Source: Eledone cirrhosa (lineage: Eukaryota). Taken from it: a stretch of 64,000 nt of DNA. Numbering within the stretch: the stretch's first letter is position 1; the number at the start of each line of letters is the position of its first letter. Of this stretch, positions 63,059 through 64,000 are shown piece by piece. Made by a program: the position numbers and the translations under genes. The notes under the pieces are model-generated. The model made no database searches. It had not been told where the DNA came from and was given only the letters and a program-made list of their open reading frames with translations. The stretch lies in NCBI GenBank assembly GCA_964016885.1, contig OZ024749.1:27156001-27220000 (forward strand). The letters are read 5' to 3'.

Positions 63059-64000
63059 GTAAGTTGTCTGTTTACTTATTGTGGTGGTGGTGGAGACTGG
63101 GTAAGTTGTTTGTTTTAGTTATTGTGGTGGTGGTGGTGGTGGTGGTGGTGGTGGTGGGTAAGTTGTCTGTTTACTTATTGTGGTGGTGGTGGTGGTGGTG
63201 GGTAAGTTGTCTGTTTACTTATTGTGGTGGTGGTGGTGGTGGTGGGTAAGTTGTCTGTTTACTTATTGTGGTGGTGGTGGAGACTGGGTAAGTTGTTTGT
63301 TTTAGTTATTGTGGTGGTGGTGGTGGGTAAGTTGTCTGTTTACTTATTGTGGTGGTGGTGGTGGAGACTGTGGGTAAGTTGTCTGTTTTAGTTATTGGGG
63401 GGGGGGGGAGACTGGGTAAGTTGTTTGTTTTAGTTATTGTGGTGGTGGTGGAGCCTGGGTAAGTTGTTTGTTTTAGTTATTGTGGTGGGGGTGGTGGAGA
63501 CCGTGGGTAAGTTGTCTGTTTTAGTTATTGTGGTGGGGCTGATGGGGGTGGAGAATGTGGGTAAGTTGTCTGTTTTAGTTATTGTGGTGGGGTGGTGGTG
63601 GTGGAGACTGGGTAAGTTGTTTGTTTTAGTTATTGTGGTGGTGGTGGTGGTGACTGTGGGTAAGTTATTGTGGTGGGGGTGGTGGTGGTGGAGACTGTGG
63701 GTAAGTTGTCTGTTTTAGTTATTGTGGTGAGGCTGATGGGGGTGGAGAATGTGGGTACGTTGTCTGTTTTAGTTGTTGTGGTGGGGTGATGGTGGTGGAG
63801 ACTGGGTAAGTTGTTTGTTTTAGTTATTGTGGTGGTGGTGGTGGAGACTGTGGGTAAGTTATTGTGGTGGGGGTGGTGGTGGTGGAGACTGTGGGTAAGT
63901 TGTCTGTTTTAGTTATTGTGGTGAGGCTGATGGGGGTGGAGAATGTGGGTACGTTGTCTGTTTTAGTTATTGTGGTGGGGTGATGGTGGTGGAGACTGGG
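63055..64000. repeat. Variable-length array of GGGTAAGTTGTCTGTTT..TTATTGTG(GTG)n
   Basis: About 20 units, running off the window end. Confidence 0.92.

Overview
Eukaryotic, AT-rich, repeat-dense genomic DNA with a 200-N assembly gap at 36172-36371. The SINE, LINE and microsatellite content suggests an octopus or other coleoid cephalopod, which is my inference. Two multi-exon motile-cilia genes lie on the minus strand, reconstructed by hand from splice sites and reading-frame phase. One is an RSPH10B-like MORN-repeat radial spoke gene (18 coding exons, 60579->25984, one exon mostly in the gap). The other is the first six coding exons of DNAAF11/LRRC6 (16096->5575, continuing off the left end). 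Each has an RFX X-box-like motif upstream of its start codon. Between them on the plus strand is an intact, intronless CARD + caspase-fold ORF (18909-19820) that lacks the catalytic Cys, followed by a disrupted CsRn1-type Gypsy element with a nearly deleted 5' LTR. Other elements: a Penelope retroelement with an inverted pLTR, three hammerhead-ribozyme-like motifs, RTE/CR1/Tx1-like LINE relics (one with a twin-priming inversion), Helitrons, MITEs, a solo LTR, many SINEs and many tandem arrays. The most unusual observations are the pseudo-caspase, tandem arrays that multiply real splice junctions, a GG donor site, a recursive-splice-like AG|GTAAGT exon start and the hammerhead cluster. Most long ORFs in the supplied track are repeat artefacts. 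Repeat boundaries are approximate.
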